Source: an uncultured bacterium
GTDB taxonomy: Bacteria > Desulfobacterota > Desulfovibrionia > Desulfovibrionales > Desulfovibrionaceae
Assembly: GCA_905215675.1 (NCBI GenBank)
Contig: CAJMRA010000001.1
Location: forward strand, 1-39,972
Direction: 5' to 3'
Length of the DNA: 39,972 nucleotides
Shown here: in pieces, positions 18,493 to 28,049 of the stretch
Numbering within the stretch: the first letter of the stretch is position 1
How the letters are laid out: every line of letters begins with the position of its first letter
Notes under the pieces: generated by a model
Told to the model about the DNA's origin: nothing
The model's database searches: none
What the model saw: the letters and a program-made list of their open reading frames with translations, nothing else
Translations under genes and position numbers: made by a program

Positions 18493-21417
18493 TTACCGGG
18501 GGCGGCGTCCTTCCGCATGCCCGAACGTCAGATAATGCCAGAAGGGATTCATTCCCGCGGCGGCGATATCCTTGTTTTGCGTCAGGTAGGCATGACTGTC
18601 GAACCACGGCGCAGGATTTCTGCCCTCCCTTGCGCCGTGCAGCACATAGTGGGAGACGGCGTCCATGGTCGCCGACAGCGTGTCGGGATAGGCGCGCATG
18701 TACCAGGCGCGATCAAACGCGCCGTGAGCGGCCAGATCGCGGATTTCCTTTGCCTGCCGGGGCGTGACGGAGCGCGGCATGTACACGGCGGCGGGATTGC
18801 CGCTCAGGACAAGAACCGGCTGATGAGAAACATTGCCGAGCGGTCTGTGCGTCAGATCCGTTGCCCGCAGGCCGAACGACTTGAGCAGGGTCCATTTTTC
18901 CAGCAGCAGCGGCAGGCGGCGCGGGCCATAGATGCGGTGGGCGTTCCAGGCGAGACAGTCCGGCCCCGTGGGCACAGCCAGAAAGAGCAGACCGTCCGGC
19001 GTCAGATGACGGACGGCCTCTTCCATGGCGCGCAAGTCGCCGTCCGGGTTCAGTGGATCGCCATAACGGCCCAGACCGTCGTGTTCGAACGAGGAAATGG
19101 AAATGGCAATGTCGGCCTTCAACGCGCTCTTTTTCAATTCCGCCATGCTGATGACGTCAACTTGCGGATGATCGCAGCGCGGCGGATTATAATCCACTGC
19201 CACAACGCGCCTTGCCCCAGCGGCAAGGGCCAGCGCGTCACAGTTGCATCCGGCAAGGCCGTAGACGAGCACCGTCTTGCCCGCGGGAGAAAATTCGCTG
19301 AAAGCGCACTGCAACAAGGGCAGGGTATCGCCGTAATATTTGAAGGAACCATTTTCTATGGCGCGGATGGTCTTGTCGTAGACTTCCCGGGTATTGTTGA
19401 CAGGCGTTGCGCGGCGATTATCCAGATAATAATCGATAACCGGCACGACGCCGCCCATGGTGTAGTGATCGCGCAGTTCGGCGGGCATATGGCGCGGCGG
19501 CGTGGTATCCCTGCCCGTCAGTACGGCAAAGTTGCCGATATGCACTTCGGGATAGCGGGTGATGCAGGGCGCATCCTGCGCCGTCGGGAAGGTATCGGCC
19601 GACGGGGTGAAAGTCCCCGCATCCCGTCGGACGAAGGTGATTTCAAACAGGCTGGATACCAGAAAATCACGGAATCCGAGTATGTTTCCATTATTATTGT
19701 AGTGGAAATGCACAACGCGATGCGTTTTGCAAATCTTTTTAAATATCCGCGTGTAGAAGGGGAGTTTTTCCCTGTTTGTCAGATCGTGAAATTCCACGAT
19801 AAGCTGGCGGAAGCGGCGCAGCTGATCGTCCGTGATGGTCTCGAACACGTCCCATTCCGCGCCCTCGATATCCATTTGCAGGATGATATTCCGTTCTTCG
19901 GCATGCCCGAAGCGGGAAAGAATCTGACTGATATTGCTCGTGCCTTCGGGCGGTTGTGTCTTGCCGGAAATATTGAGCTTGAAGAAAAAAAGATTGGGAT
20001 GGTGGTCCGGCGCGTCGTCGATGGTACCGTCAAACTGCCAGACCTTGAAGCCGCGTTCGGCCATCTGTCTGTCCCACGGGGAATAGCCGCTGACGCCGAA
20101 GGAATAGGCAATGCCGTCCCGGCCGGGATCAGGCATGACATAGCCGCCGTCGTTGTTGCCGCCGATACGTACCTTCTTGCATCCCTTGATATCGTACGGA
20201 GTCAGCAGGGTGAAAAGACGCCGATAGGCGGCTTCCAGTTCCGCGTCCCGGGACCAGCTGAACCGGGCCTTGTCGCCGGCCTGCTGCATGCGTCTGGCGG
20301 CGGATTGCAGCACGGCCGCCCGCTGCGCCGCCAGATCTGGGGTCGGCGCATCCAGCGCGGCATGCTCCCGCAGCAAGGCGGGAGAAAAGGCCGTCATGGC
20401 GGCCAGTTCCGCCAGAGGCCTGACGAGTTCGGCATCCTTGGGGCGGAAGGGCAGTTCCCGGAACAGGGATTCCGCATCCAGTCCCGCCTGCCGCGCCAGC
20501 GGCTGCACGACGGCATCCCTGACGCTGTCGAGCGCCAGAGCCAGATTCTTTTCATGTTTGTGCGCCCAGCAGCCGTGGGGATCCTTGGGCTGCGGCGTGC
20601 CTTCTTCAATGATATGAATCAGGAACTTTTCCAGATCATGTTCCGCGGGATCATAGTCCGGCTGCATGGGCGGCTGATGCAGCATTTCCAGATAGGCGTC
20701 GTCGTGCGTATCCAGATACTTGACGTAGTCGATGACTTCGTCAAAGTCGGCAAAGTCGTGACAGTTGATAAAGGCTTTGGGGTTGAATTCCCGCGTCACC
20801 GCCGGATCGCCCCAGTAGATGGGCACGGAATTGGCCTGCAAGGGCTGCGTCAGTTTTTCCGTCACATAACCGGGCGTGGAAGAATTTTCAAAGGCAATGG
20901 TAAATTTATAGTTCTGAATAAAATCAAGTTTTCCCTTTGCCCAGTTGCCGTTGCGCGGCTCAATGGCATTGTTCATATTGTTGAGAACTTTGCCCGGGCA
21001 ATCGACATGTTTATATTGCATCAGTTTTTGACAAAATTTCTGACGTACTTGTGCTGATGTGTTAGAGTATATGAAATTGCAGAATTTTCTGGATGCCAGC
21101 TCTTCCGGTGTGAGCGTCAGGGGATCGCGCTTTGTAAAACGTGAATGCCGGAAATAGCGATCTTCAAATGAAATATAGTCAAAACCGATGGCATAGTCGC
21201 ATGTATTGAAATCAGGGCGTACATTTTCTGTTGTCCAGAATATTTTTATTGCACTGCTAAAGGTAGTATATCTATATCTATTGTTATAACAGGAGTAGAA
21301 TAAATATTCAGGAGTTTCTGATATATCTACAATGTAATATTTTTTTAATATATTAAATATGCAGCCGATTTGAGGCGAGTGATAATCGCAAAAAGCAATG
21401 GAAATTTTCTTTTTCAT
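18493..21417 (-). CDS. Multidomain protein: GT10 alpha-1,3/4-fucosyltransferase + FkbM/Methyltransf_22-like + DUF268-like + C-terminal FD..Y...PDV...HY..G..EGR repeats, 974 aa
   Basis: GT10 motif [20 protein letters not shown]...VPIYWG; methyltransferase [10 protein letters not shown]...YSFGV...QMDIEGAEW...[10 protein letters not shown]268-like [21 protein letters not shown]...WNAHRIYG. Confidence 0.85.
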   Translation of the reverse strand: MKKKISIAFCDYHSPQIGCIFNILKKYYIVDISETPEYLFYSCYNNRYRYTTFSSAIKIFWTTENVRPDFNTCDYAIGFDYISFEDRYFRHSRFTKRDPLTLTPEELASRKFCNFIYSNTSAQVRQKFCQKLMQYKHVDCPGKVLNNMNNAIEPRNGNWAKGKLDFIQNYKFTIAFENSSTPGYVTEKLTQPLQANSVPIYWGDPAVTREFNPKAFINCHDFADFDEVIDYVKYLDTHDDAYLEMLHQPPMQPDYDPAEHDLEKFLIHIIEEGTPQPKDPHGCWAHKHEKNLALALDSVRDAVVQPLARQAGLDAESLFRELPFRPKDAELVRPLAELAAMTAFSPALLREHAALDAPTPDLAAQRAAVLQSAARRMQQAGDKARFSWSRDAELEAAYRRLFTLLTPYDIKGCKKVRIGGNNDGGYVMPDPGRDGIAYSFGVSGYSPWDRQMAERGFKVWQFDGTIDDAPDHHPNLFFFKLNISGKTQPPEGTSNISQILSRFGHAEERNIILQMDIEGAEWDVFETITDDQLRRFRQLIVEFHDLTNREKLPFYTRIFKKICKTHRVVHFHYNNNGNILGFRDFLVSSLFEITFVRRDAGTFTPSADTFPTAQDAPCITRYPEVHIGNFAVLTGRDTTPPRHMPAELRDHYTMGGVVPVIDYYLDNRRATPVNNTREVYDKTIRAIENGSFKYYGDTLPLLQCAFSEFSPAGKTVLVYGLAGCNCDALALAAGARRVVAVDYNPPRCDHPQVDVISMAELKKSALKADIAISISSFEHDGLGRYGDPLNPDGDLRAMEEAVRHLTPDGLLFLAVPTGPDCLAWNAHRIYGPRRLPLLLEKWTLLKSFGLRATDLTHRPLGNVSHQPVLVLSGNPAAVYMPRSVTPRQAKEIRDLAAHGAFDRAWYMRAYPDTLSATMDAVSHYVLHGAREGRNPAPWFDSHAYLTQNKDIAAAGMNPFWHYLTFGHAEGRRPR

Positions 21418-21517
21418 TGATATAATCCTTTGTTATGTTTTCTTGAATATATATTCAAAATAGTTTTATTGTTTAGGAAGGATAGTTGATAGCACTGCTG
21501 TCTCCGGCATCGCACCT

Positions 21518-21799
21518 TCACGGCTGTGATACGTTTCGGATCAGAAAGTCGTAAAAGGGATTACCGCTGACAGACGTCTGATCGTGCTGTGCCCTTTCGC
21601 AGACTGAGGCATCGAACCACGGCGCGGGCTTGCGCCCTTCAGCGGCTCCATGACAGACATAGTGATAGATGGGATCCATGCCGGAATACAGGACGTCGGG
21701 ATTCTGTTTCAGATAGTATGGGGCGTCGAATTGTCCGCTTTGCGCAATGCGGCTGCAGATCGCAAGGATATCGGGCGACGGCGTTTCGGGGGCAGACAT
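21518..21799 (-). CDS. Stand-alone FD..YY...PDV...HY..HG..EGR-repeat protein, 93 aa
   Basis: FDAPYYLKQNPDV...HYVCHGAAEGRKPAPWFD, paralogous to the C-terminus of the 974-aa protein; AAGGAG RBS upstream. Confidence 0.7.
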   Translation of the reverse strand: MSAPETPSPDILAICSRIAQSGQFDAPYYLKQNPDVLYSGMDPIYHYVCHGAAEGRKPAPWFDASVCERAQHDQTSVSGNPFYDFLIRNVSQP

Positions 21800-24700
21800 G
21801 CTTCTTTCTCCTTCTCATGTTTTGCGTCGGCTTCCTGTTGCAGGCGTCGGGCGTAGTCTGTGACAAGGTAACGCAGATATGTACGCGAGCAGCTTAACTT
21901 TTTCAGGATATCATCAGTTAAAGGGGTTGGTTTGCCGGCTACGGCACAGGCTTTAATATACTGGAGCAAATTTTTTAGATGATGAGGTTTTCGGGCAAAA
22001 CGTTCCATGCCGATGGACTCCAGCAAATACATATCGGCATCAGAATTGAGGGCGACGCTTTGAATCATCGTGAAAAAGGCTGCGATATTATCAATTACTG
22101 CCATAAAGAAATCTTTTCCACGGTGATGGGGGCGCATGATGGAAGGATTTTTGGATTTTGTGACATGTGTATATGCTAACAGGTCAATATATTTTACTTT
22201 TGTTGCATGTCCATAGGCGCTCAGCAAAAAAAGTTCATCTCCATTGGCTTTTGTTGGATTAAATTGGCAGTGGCCGGACTCAAGCAATTCTTGTTTGAAG
22301 AGAATTGACCAGCAGGCATAAGTTGGAATTTTTTCCATGAGGTAGGCCTGCACGGCTTCCCGGCCTGTCAGAACGAGTCCATCCGGCATCTGTTTGCGGT
22401 AGAGCTCCTTGCCTGACAGGAGGTCCCATGCCCTATAGGTACAGACAAGCATATCAATAGATCCGTCCTGCTCCATATGCTGCAATGCCTGCTGAAAGAA
22501 TCCCGGCTCAAGCCAGTCGTCGCTGTCCACAAAGGTAATATATTTTCCGGCAGCGTGAGAGAAAACAAGATTGCGGGCCACAGACGGACCGCTTGATTGT
22601 GATGTCCTGAATAGTCTTATATTATTATGTTTTTGTGCATATGATTGGCAAATGGTAAATGTATAATCTGTAGAACAATCATCTATTAAAAGTATTTCAA
22701 TGTTTTCGATATTCTGTGCCAATATGGAGTCAAGACAAGATGAAATTGAGATTTCAGTATTGTATGCTGGTATAATAACGGAAAGGGCACAAGGGGATAT
22801 CGTCGATACGGAATTTTCATAGGGAATAAGAAATGTATCTGGACGTATAATATCCTTTGTCAGGGAGTCTCTATCTTCATTGGGTGATTGTTGTTTGATT
22901 GATATGTCGTCAATATAAAGACGCGCGTAATCCTCCAGCAGCAGGCGCAACAAATGCGGCGCCTGTTGCAGGTCTTCCATCATGGTGTCGGTTAAAGGCG
23001 ATATGGAGGTGTCCTGCAAGGAGGCCAGCCATGCACAGGCATCGCGAAAGTGATAAAAGATGCTTTTCAGACGCAATGGGATAAGGTCGTCACGTTTTTG
23101 CTGGAGGAGAAAATTTTCTGTTAACGCCGCAATATGGAGGCTCCCTGCGAAATGGCGTTCCGTCTTTTGCGGGGCCGTCATCGTGCTTGCAGGATGCGGG
23201 GTACGTATGTTGACATAATAATCCCCTTCCTCAATGAGAAATTTCCGGGCAAACCTATATACTTGCAATAGGAAGAAATTGTCTTCATAAAGACAGTGCG
23301 GCGATGTTATACCGTAATGATGTAAAAATTCTCTGCGATATATTTTGGACCATACAGCCCATGATTTGAGTTTCCCTTGACAATAGGCTTCCAGAAGTTC
23401 GTTTCCCTGATAGCAGCGCGGAGGCATATATGCATCATAGATCATACGGCCGGCAACGTCATGGCGGCGATAATTGAAATGCACGACATCGATATCCTTG
23501 AATTGCTCAAGGATACTGACGCCGCGCAGGAAAAAGTCCGCTTTGATATAGTCGTCGCTGTCCACATAGGCGATATAGGTTCCGCGCGCCAGTTCCTGCG
23601 CCCGATCCCGTGAATAGCCCTGTCCGCCGTTGCGTTCATTGCTGTAGACGCGCACGCGCGCATCCTGCGCCGCCAGAGCCTCGCAGACGCGCAGTGTGCT
23701 GTCCGTGGAGGCGTCGTCAATGACAATGATTTCCAGACGGCGCAGACTTTGCCCCAGAATGCTGCGCAGGCAGCGTTCAATATATTTTTCCTGATTGTAG
23801 ACAGGGACAATGGCCGTCACCAGCGGCTGTTCCGTGGCCTCGGGGAGGAATGCCTGTTTCCGGCGTTGCGGCAGTTCGGGCAGGATGCCCGCCGGGATGG
23901 AACCTCGGGCGCGACAGCGGGCGTAACCGATCAGCAGGGCCTTGATAAAGGCAGGATTGCTTTCCAGATCTGCCCAGTCCTGTTCCGTAAGGGCGACGTC
24001 GCCTGTAGCTTCCATATATGCCAGAAGAGGAGGCAACAGTCTGTTTTCTATGGAGTATGGCAGAGAAGGCTGCACTTCTGAAAAAAATTGTCTCTTTTTT
24101 ATTTTTGCACAGGCAGAGCGGATATGACGATAGGTAGAGTTGTCCGGCAGAATGATGGAATGCGGCACATGTACGACTGTATAGACGGAACCGCCGGGCA
24201 ATGTACGGATGCGAGAACTTTGCAACAGGACATCCATCATAAAATGCACGTCCTGATGATACACGCCGACGGCAAAACGGCACTGCTTTTTTTGCAGGAA
24301 AGCAGCGCGAAAGATTTTTCCCCAGGGCCCCCAGGGCATGGCGCTTTTATGGTATGCATAGAGAGCCTGTCTGCCGCCTGCACAGAGAGGATGGCAGGCG
24401 ATGCGCCGCACATCTCTTCCGTCAGAATCAACTTCGCGCACGTCATAGGCCAGCATGTCTGCTGCGGGATCGGTCTCCATATCCCGGCAGGCACGAGCAA
24501 AGAAACCGGCTTCCACGCGATCGTCGCTGTCCACAAAGGTCAGATAGCGGCCACGTGCCAGATCGATGCCGATATTGCGACAGACGCCCTGCAAACAGTT
24601 ATGCGCCATTCTGAACAGTCGGATGCGGCGATCGCTCCGGGCATAGTGTTGCAGCAACGTGTAGCTGTCGTCGGTGGAGGCGTCATCTATGACAAGCACC

Positions 24701-27700
24701 TCAAAGTCGGCCATGTCTTGACGCAGGATGCTGTTCAGGCAGGTGGCAAGCCAGGGGGCCTTGTTGTAGTTGGGCACGATGACGGACAGCAGCGGCGCAG
24801 CGCCCGTCGGATGCAGACTGTTGCCCCAGGCCGTGAAATCACGCGGCGGCAACAATTCGGTCGCGGCCTTGCGCCAGTCCCGATCCTCTGCGGCGACGCG
24901 GGGGGTCAGCCCTTCGCGCCAGCAGTACAGACGGGCATAGTCCGTGAGGATGCAGCGCAGAATTTCCCGGGATGAGGCAAAGGCGGCAAGATTTTTTTCG
25001 GAAAGGAGTTCGTCTGTCTTTCCCTGTTTGTCGACTTCCCCCAGCGTGTCGAATAGCCGTCGGCGATCCCAGTTGTAGAGGCGTTGCAGGCAGTACCGGT
25101 AGCCTTCATCCTCAAGGAACAGGCCGTTCTGCCGGAAGAAATTGGTCAGAAAGGCGGCAAAACGGGTAAAGGAGGTGAAATACGCCTCACTTGCTGGAGA
25201 GGAGGCGTTGGAGCCGGGACGCAGATAGCGGCAATAGCCGATGTCCGCTATGGCCAGCGTCTTGCGGGAAAAATAGAAGGCCTGCACGCTGAAGAACATA
25301 TCTTCATGCACGCGGGTATCGCTGTAGCGCACGGCATGATGGCGCAAATGATCGGCGCGATACAGGCGCGCATAGGTGGCGTAACCTCCGATATTCTGGA
25401 GCAGCAGTTGCCGCAGGGAATCCTTGCCGCTCCACGTGCCTTCGGTAATGCCCCAGCGTTCTTCCTGATGGTTCTTGTCATGGACGAGCATGTCGAAGCA
25501 GACGATATCCGCCTGTTCCGTTTCCATGAGCGCCATGCCGCGTTGCAGGAAGCCTTCCGCCAGCATGTCGTCGCTGTCGATGAAGGTCAGATAGCGCCCG
25601 CAGGCCCTGTCCATACCGGCATTGCGCGCCGGGCCTGCCCCCTTGTTTTCGTAAAAGCGCAGACTGCGGATGATATGCGGATAACGCCGCGCATATTCGG
25701 CGATGATGTCGGGCGTACTGTCGCTGGACGCGTCGTCCACAAGGATGATTTCCACATCCGGCACGCCCTGAATCAGCACGCTGTCCACACAGCGCCGCAG
25801 CGTATCTTCATTATTGTGTGCGGGGATGACGACGGAGACGGCGGGCTCCTTTTCCGCAACGGGGCGCAGCAGGGCCTGTGCCCGTTTCCAGGCCTTGTCC
25901 TGCGGCGGCAGGGCATAAAGGCAGGTTTCGTAATACCACCAGCCATGATGCCCTATATAAAGGGTATAATCGGGATGATGACGGAGCAGCCGGAGGGGAA
26001 TATCCAGATAGTGATCGGGATGGTGATACAGGGAAATCTGCAACTTGGGATAATCGCGGGCAATGGTGCCGGCCGCCCCCTCCAGACAGGCCATTTCCGC
26101 GCCTTCAATATCCAGCTTGATCAGGCTGCACCGTTCCAGCCTGTCCCGCAGGTAGCCGTCGATATCTATGGAACGGCATTCTTCCGTACGTTCGTTGGGC
26201 TGCGTCACCATGCGGCTGCCGCCGCCCTGATCCTCGATATAAAAGGTGGCGGCGCAGGACCAGAGTCCCAGCTGTTCGAGGGTAATCCGGGGATGCGCGC
26301 CGATTCTTTCCCGAATGGCATCACAGGCGGCCCGGCGGAGTTCAAACGCAAAGACTCGGCCTTGTTCGCCTGCGATTTCGGCAAAGGTTTTTGTGGTTTC
26401 GCCGTCATTCAAGCCGCCTTCAATAATGCTGTCTCTCGGCTCCGCATGCACCAGCGGATGCGCATATTGCGGATAGGCGGAGATGGGCAGATAGCCGGGA
26501 TCGCCGCTTTCCAGCGCTTTCATGGCCCGCAAAAAGACCTCGCGGCTTTCTTCGTCCGCAAGCGCCGCGTAGATGCGGACAATATCCGTAAACCGTTGCC
26601 GTACAATATGAGGCCGGGGAGGCCGCGCCTGCATGGGGCGCGCGACGGCGGCATCCAGCTGGACGCTTGTCAGTCCCGCGGCCGCGCAGAGCCGCAGCAA
26701 AGGCTGGATGCACCCCTGTTCCCAGAAGCGCCTGTCCGGTCGCGCATACAGGCAGAACCGCCGCTGCTCCAGCGTGTCGCGGGCGACAAGGGGCACTATG
26801 GAAACCTGCAGGCGCGCGGCGGTCTCCTCCCGGGCGGGATGGGGCGAGCCGTCCCAGTCGGCCAGTACAAAGGGCGGCAGGAAGGGCAGCGGCGGATCCT
26901 GCTGCCGGTAATGCCGCACGGCCTCTTCCAGCACGTCGCCGAAGGTGACGACGGCGGTCGTGACGGGGTCAATGCGCTCGACGGTCTCGCGCAGGGGGCG
27001 CAGTTCCTGAAAGTGCGCGCGGACAAGGGCGCGCATGTCCGGCTCTCCGGTGACAGGATTGATCAGGGAAGGAGCGTCGCAGGAGCGTTGCAGCGCCAGG
27101 TCGCGCCGTCGCTGTAATTCCGCTTCGGCCGTTTCGGCATCTTCGGCGGACGGCGGCAGGTTGCGCAACGGGCAGGCTTCCTCGTCGCAGCGGACGATGT
27201 GCGGCAGGGCGTTCCGTGCCTCCTCATCCATATCCCAGAGAAAACCGCGGTTGAGCCCGTACGCGCAGGATGATGTGTGACAGGAACCGTTGCAGTCAAT
27301 ATGGACATTCTGCACGCCGAGACAGCAGAAACGCTCTTCGCTGACGACGACGGGCGCGGACGTCGGGCCGGTTGCCGCAGGCCGGGCAAGGGGCCGCATG
27401 GGCAGGGGGGCGGCCTGCGCGGCGCGCGCGTCGAATTGGCGTTGCGCCGTTGCGCGCCATTGCCGCCGATCTTCGGGACAGGGGTATTCCTGCCCGTCCG
27501 TTGTCAGGACCGGAGCAATATCCAGGGCAAAGGGAAGAACGCGCCGCAATCCGCACAGGGCGGAAAAAAAGCGCTGCGCTTCCTGATGACGATCCGGGTG
27601 GTGCATGAGCCGTACATGCGCAAGTTGTCCGGCCTCGGCCACTGTGGCGACCACTTCCAGAACATGCTGCGGATCGGCATGTTCCAGATGTACGGAAAGA

Positions 27701-28038
27701 AGGACTTCCAGCCTTTGCGGGGCGGCGGCGTCCGCAAGGGAACGGTACAGGGCGAGAGGGGCGGAACCGTTGGTCTCCAGCGTGACGGCGATGTCGTAAC
27801 CCGTGGAGAAAAGATAGCGCGTCAGGTCCGGCAGCAGCGGATGCAGGGTAGGTTCCCCGCCTGTAAGGATAAAATGATAGGCCGCGTGCGGCATGGACAG
27901 GAGACGATAGGCGGAAAGCAGCAGACGATCCCGGACAAGAACGCAATTTTTCAGATCATGCTCCTGCCGACAGTAGGAACAGCCATAGTTGCAGGCGGAA
28001 ATAAGATTCCAGGTGATGGAAAGGGTATCGCTGTGCAT
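21709..28038 (-). CDS. Giant multidomain enzyme: radical SAM + Cys-rich (SPASM/twitch-like) + FkbM methyltransferase + four GT2 domains, 2109 aa
   Basis: CNYGCSYC, LTGGEPTLHP, ETNGS; CCLG..HIDCNG..SSC..CDEEAC; EGGLNDGET..FAFE..IKLDIEGAE..ISLYHH. Four GT-A starts (VSVVIPAHN, LSVIVPNYN, VTAIVPVYN, LSVIIPAYN), each followed by a (F/Y)(I/V)DSDD motif. Confidence 0.88.
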   Translation of the reverse strand: MHSDTLSITWNLISACNYGCSYCRQEHDLKNCVLVRDRLLLSAYRLLSMPHAAYHFILTGGEPTLHPLLPDLTRYLFSTGYDIAVTLETNGSAPLALYRSLADAAAPQRLEVLLSVHLEHADPQHVLEVVATVAEAGQLAHVRLMHHPDRHQEAQRFFSALCGLRRVLPFALDIAPVLTTDGQEYPCPEDRRQWRATAQRQFDARAAQAAPLPMRPLARPAATGPTSAPVVVSEERFCCLGVQNVHIDCNGSCHTSSCAYGLNRGFLWDMDEEARNALPHIVRCDEEACPLRNLPPSAEDAETAEAELQRRRDLALQRSCDAPSLINPVTGEPDMRALVRAHFQELRPLRETVERIDPVTTAVVTFGDVLEEAVRHYRQQDPPLPFLPPFVLADWDGSPHPAREETAARLQVSIVPLVARDTLEQRRFCLYARPDRRFWEQGCIQPLLRLCAAAGLTSVQLDAAVARPMQARPPRPHIVRQRFTDIVRIYAALADEESREVFLRAMKALESGDPGYLPISAYPQYAHPLVHAEPRDSIIEGGLNDGETTKTFAEIAGEQGRVFAFELRRAACDAIRERIGAHPRITLEQLGLWSCAATFYIEDQGGGSRMVTQPNERTEECRSIDIDGYLRDRLERCSLIKLDIEGAEMACLEGAAGTIARDYPKLQISLYHHPDHYLDIPLRLLRHHPDYTLYIGHHGWWYYETCLYALPPQDKAWKRAQALLRPVAEKEPAVSVVIPAHNNEDTLRRCVDSVLIQGVPDVEIILVDDASSDSTPDIIAEYARRYPHIIRSLRFYENKGAGPARNAGMDRACGRYLTFIDSDDMLAEGFLQRGMALMETEQADIVCFDMLVHDKNHQEERWGITEGTWSGKDSLRQLLLQNIGGYATYARLYRADHLRHHAVRYSDTRVHEDMFFSVQAFYFSRKTLAIADIGYCRYLRPGSNASSPASEAYFTSFTRFAAFLTNFFRQNGLFLEDEGYRYCLQRLYNWDRRRLFDTLGEVDKQGKTDELLSEKNLAAFASSREILRCILTDYARLYCWREGLTPRVAAEDRDWRKAATELLPPRDFTAWGNSLHPTGAAPLLSVIVPNYNKAPWLATCLNSILRQDMADFEVLVIDDASTDDSYTLLQHYARSDRRIRLFRMAHNCLQGVCRNIGIDLARGRYLTFVDSDDRVEAGFFARACRDMETDPAADMLAYDVREVDSDGRDVRRIACHPLCAGGRQALYAYHKSAMPWGPWGKIFRAAFLQKKQCRFAVGVYHQDVHFMMDVLLQSSRIRTLPGGSVYTVVHVPHSIILPDNSTYRHIRSACAKIKKRQFFSEVQPSLPYSIENRLLPPLLAYMEATGDVALTEQDWADLESNPAFIKALLIGYARCRARGSIPAGILPELPQRRKQAFLPEATEQPLVTAIVPVYNQEKYIERCLRSILGQSLRRLEIIVIDDASTDSTLRVCEALAAQDARVRVYSNERNGGQGYSRDRAQELARGTYIAYVDSDDYIKADFFLRGVSILEQFKDIDVVHFNYRRHDVAGRMIYDAYMPPRCYQGNELLEAYCQGKLKSWAVWSKIYRREFLHHYGITSPHCLYEDNFFLLQVYRFARKFLIEEGDYYVNIRTPHPASTMTAPQKTERHFAGSLHIAALTENFLLQQKRDDLIPLRLKSIFYHFRDACAWLASLQDTSISPLTDTMMEDLQQAPHLLRLLLEDYARLYIDDISIKQQSPNEDRDSLTKDIIRPDTFLIPYENSVSTISPCALSVIIPAYNTEISISSCLDSILAQNIENIEILLIDDCSTDYTFTICQSYAQKHNNIRLFRTSQSSGPSVARNLVFSHAAGKYITFVDSDDWLEPGFFQQALQHMEQDGSIDMLVCTYRAWDLLSGKELYRKQMPDGLVLTGREAVQAYLMEKIPTYACWSILFKQELLESGHCQFNPTKANGDELFLLSAYGHATKVKYIDLLAYTHVTKSKNPSIMRPHHRGKDFFMAVIDNIAAFFTMIQSVALNSDADMYLLESIGMERFARKPHHLKNLLQYIKACAVAGKPTPLTDDILKKLSCSRTYLRYLVTDYARRLQQEADAKHEKEKEACLPPKRRRPISLRSAAALRKADNSTPHTI

Positions 28039-28049
28039 ATAATGCGCCT

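Noticed and set aside
21569..21584. TGACAGACGTCTGATCG resembling the IRL site
   Set aside because: The match needs two indels, the dyad is broken, and it lies inside a CDS; probably chance.
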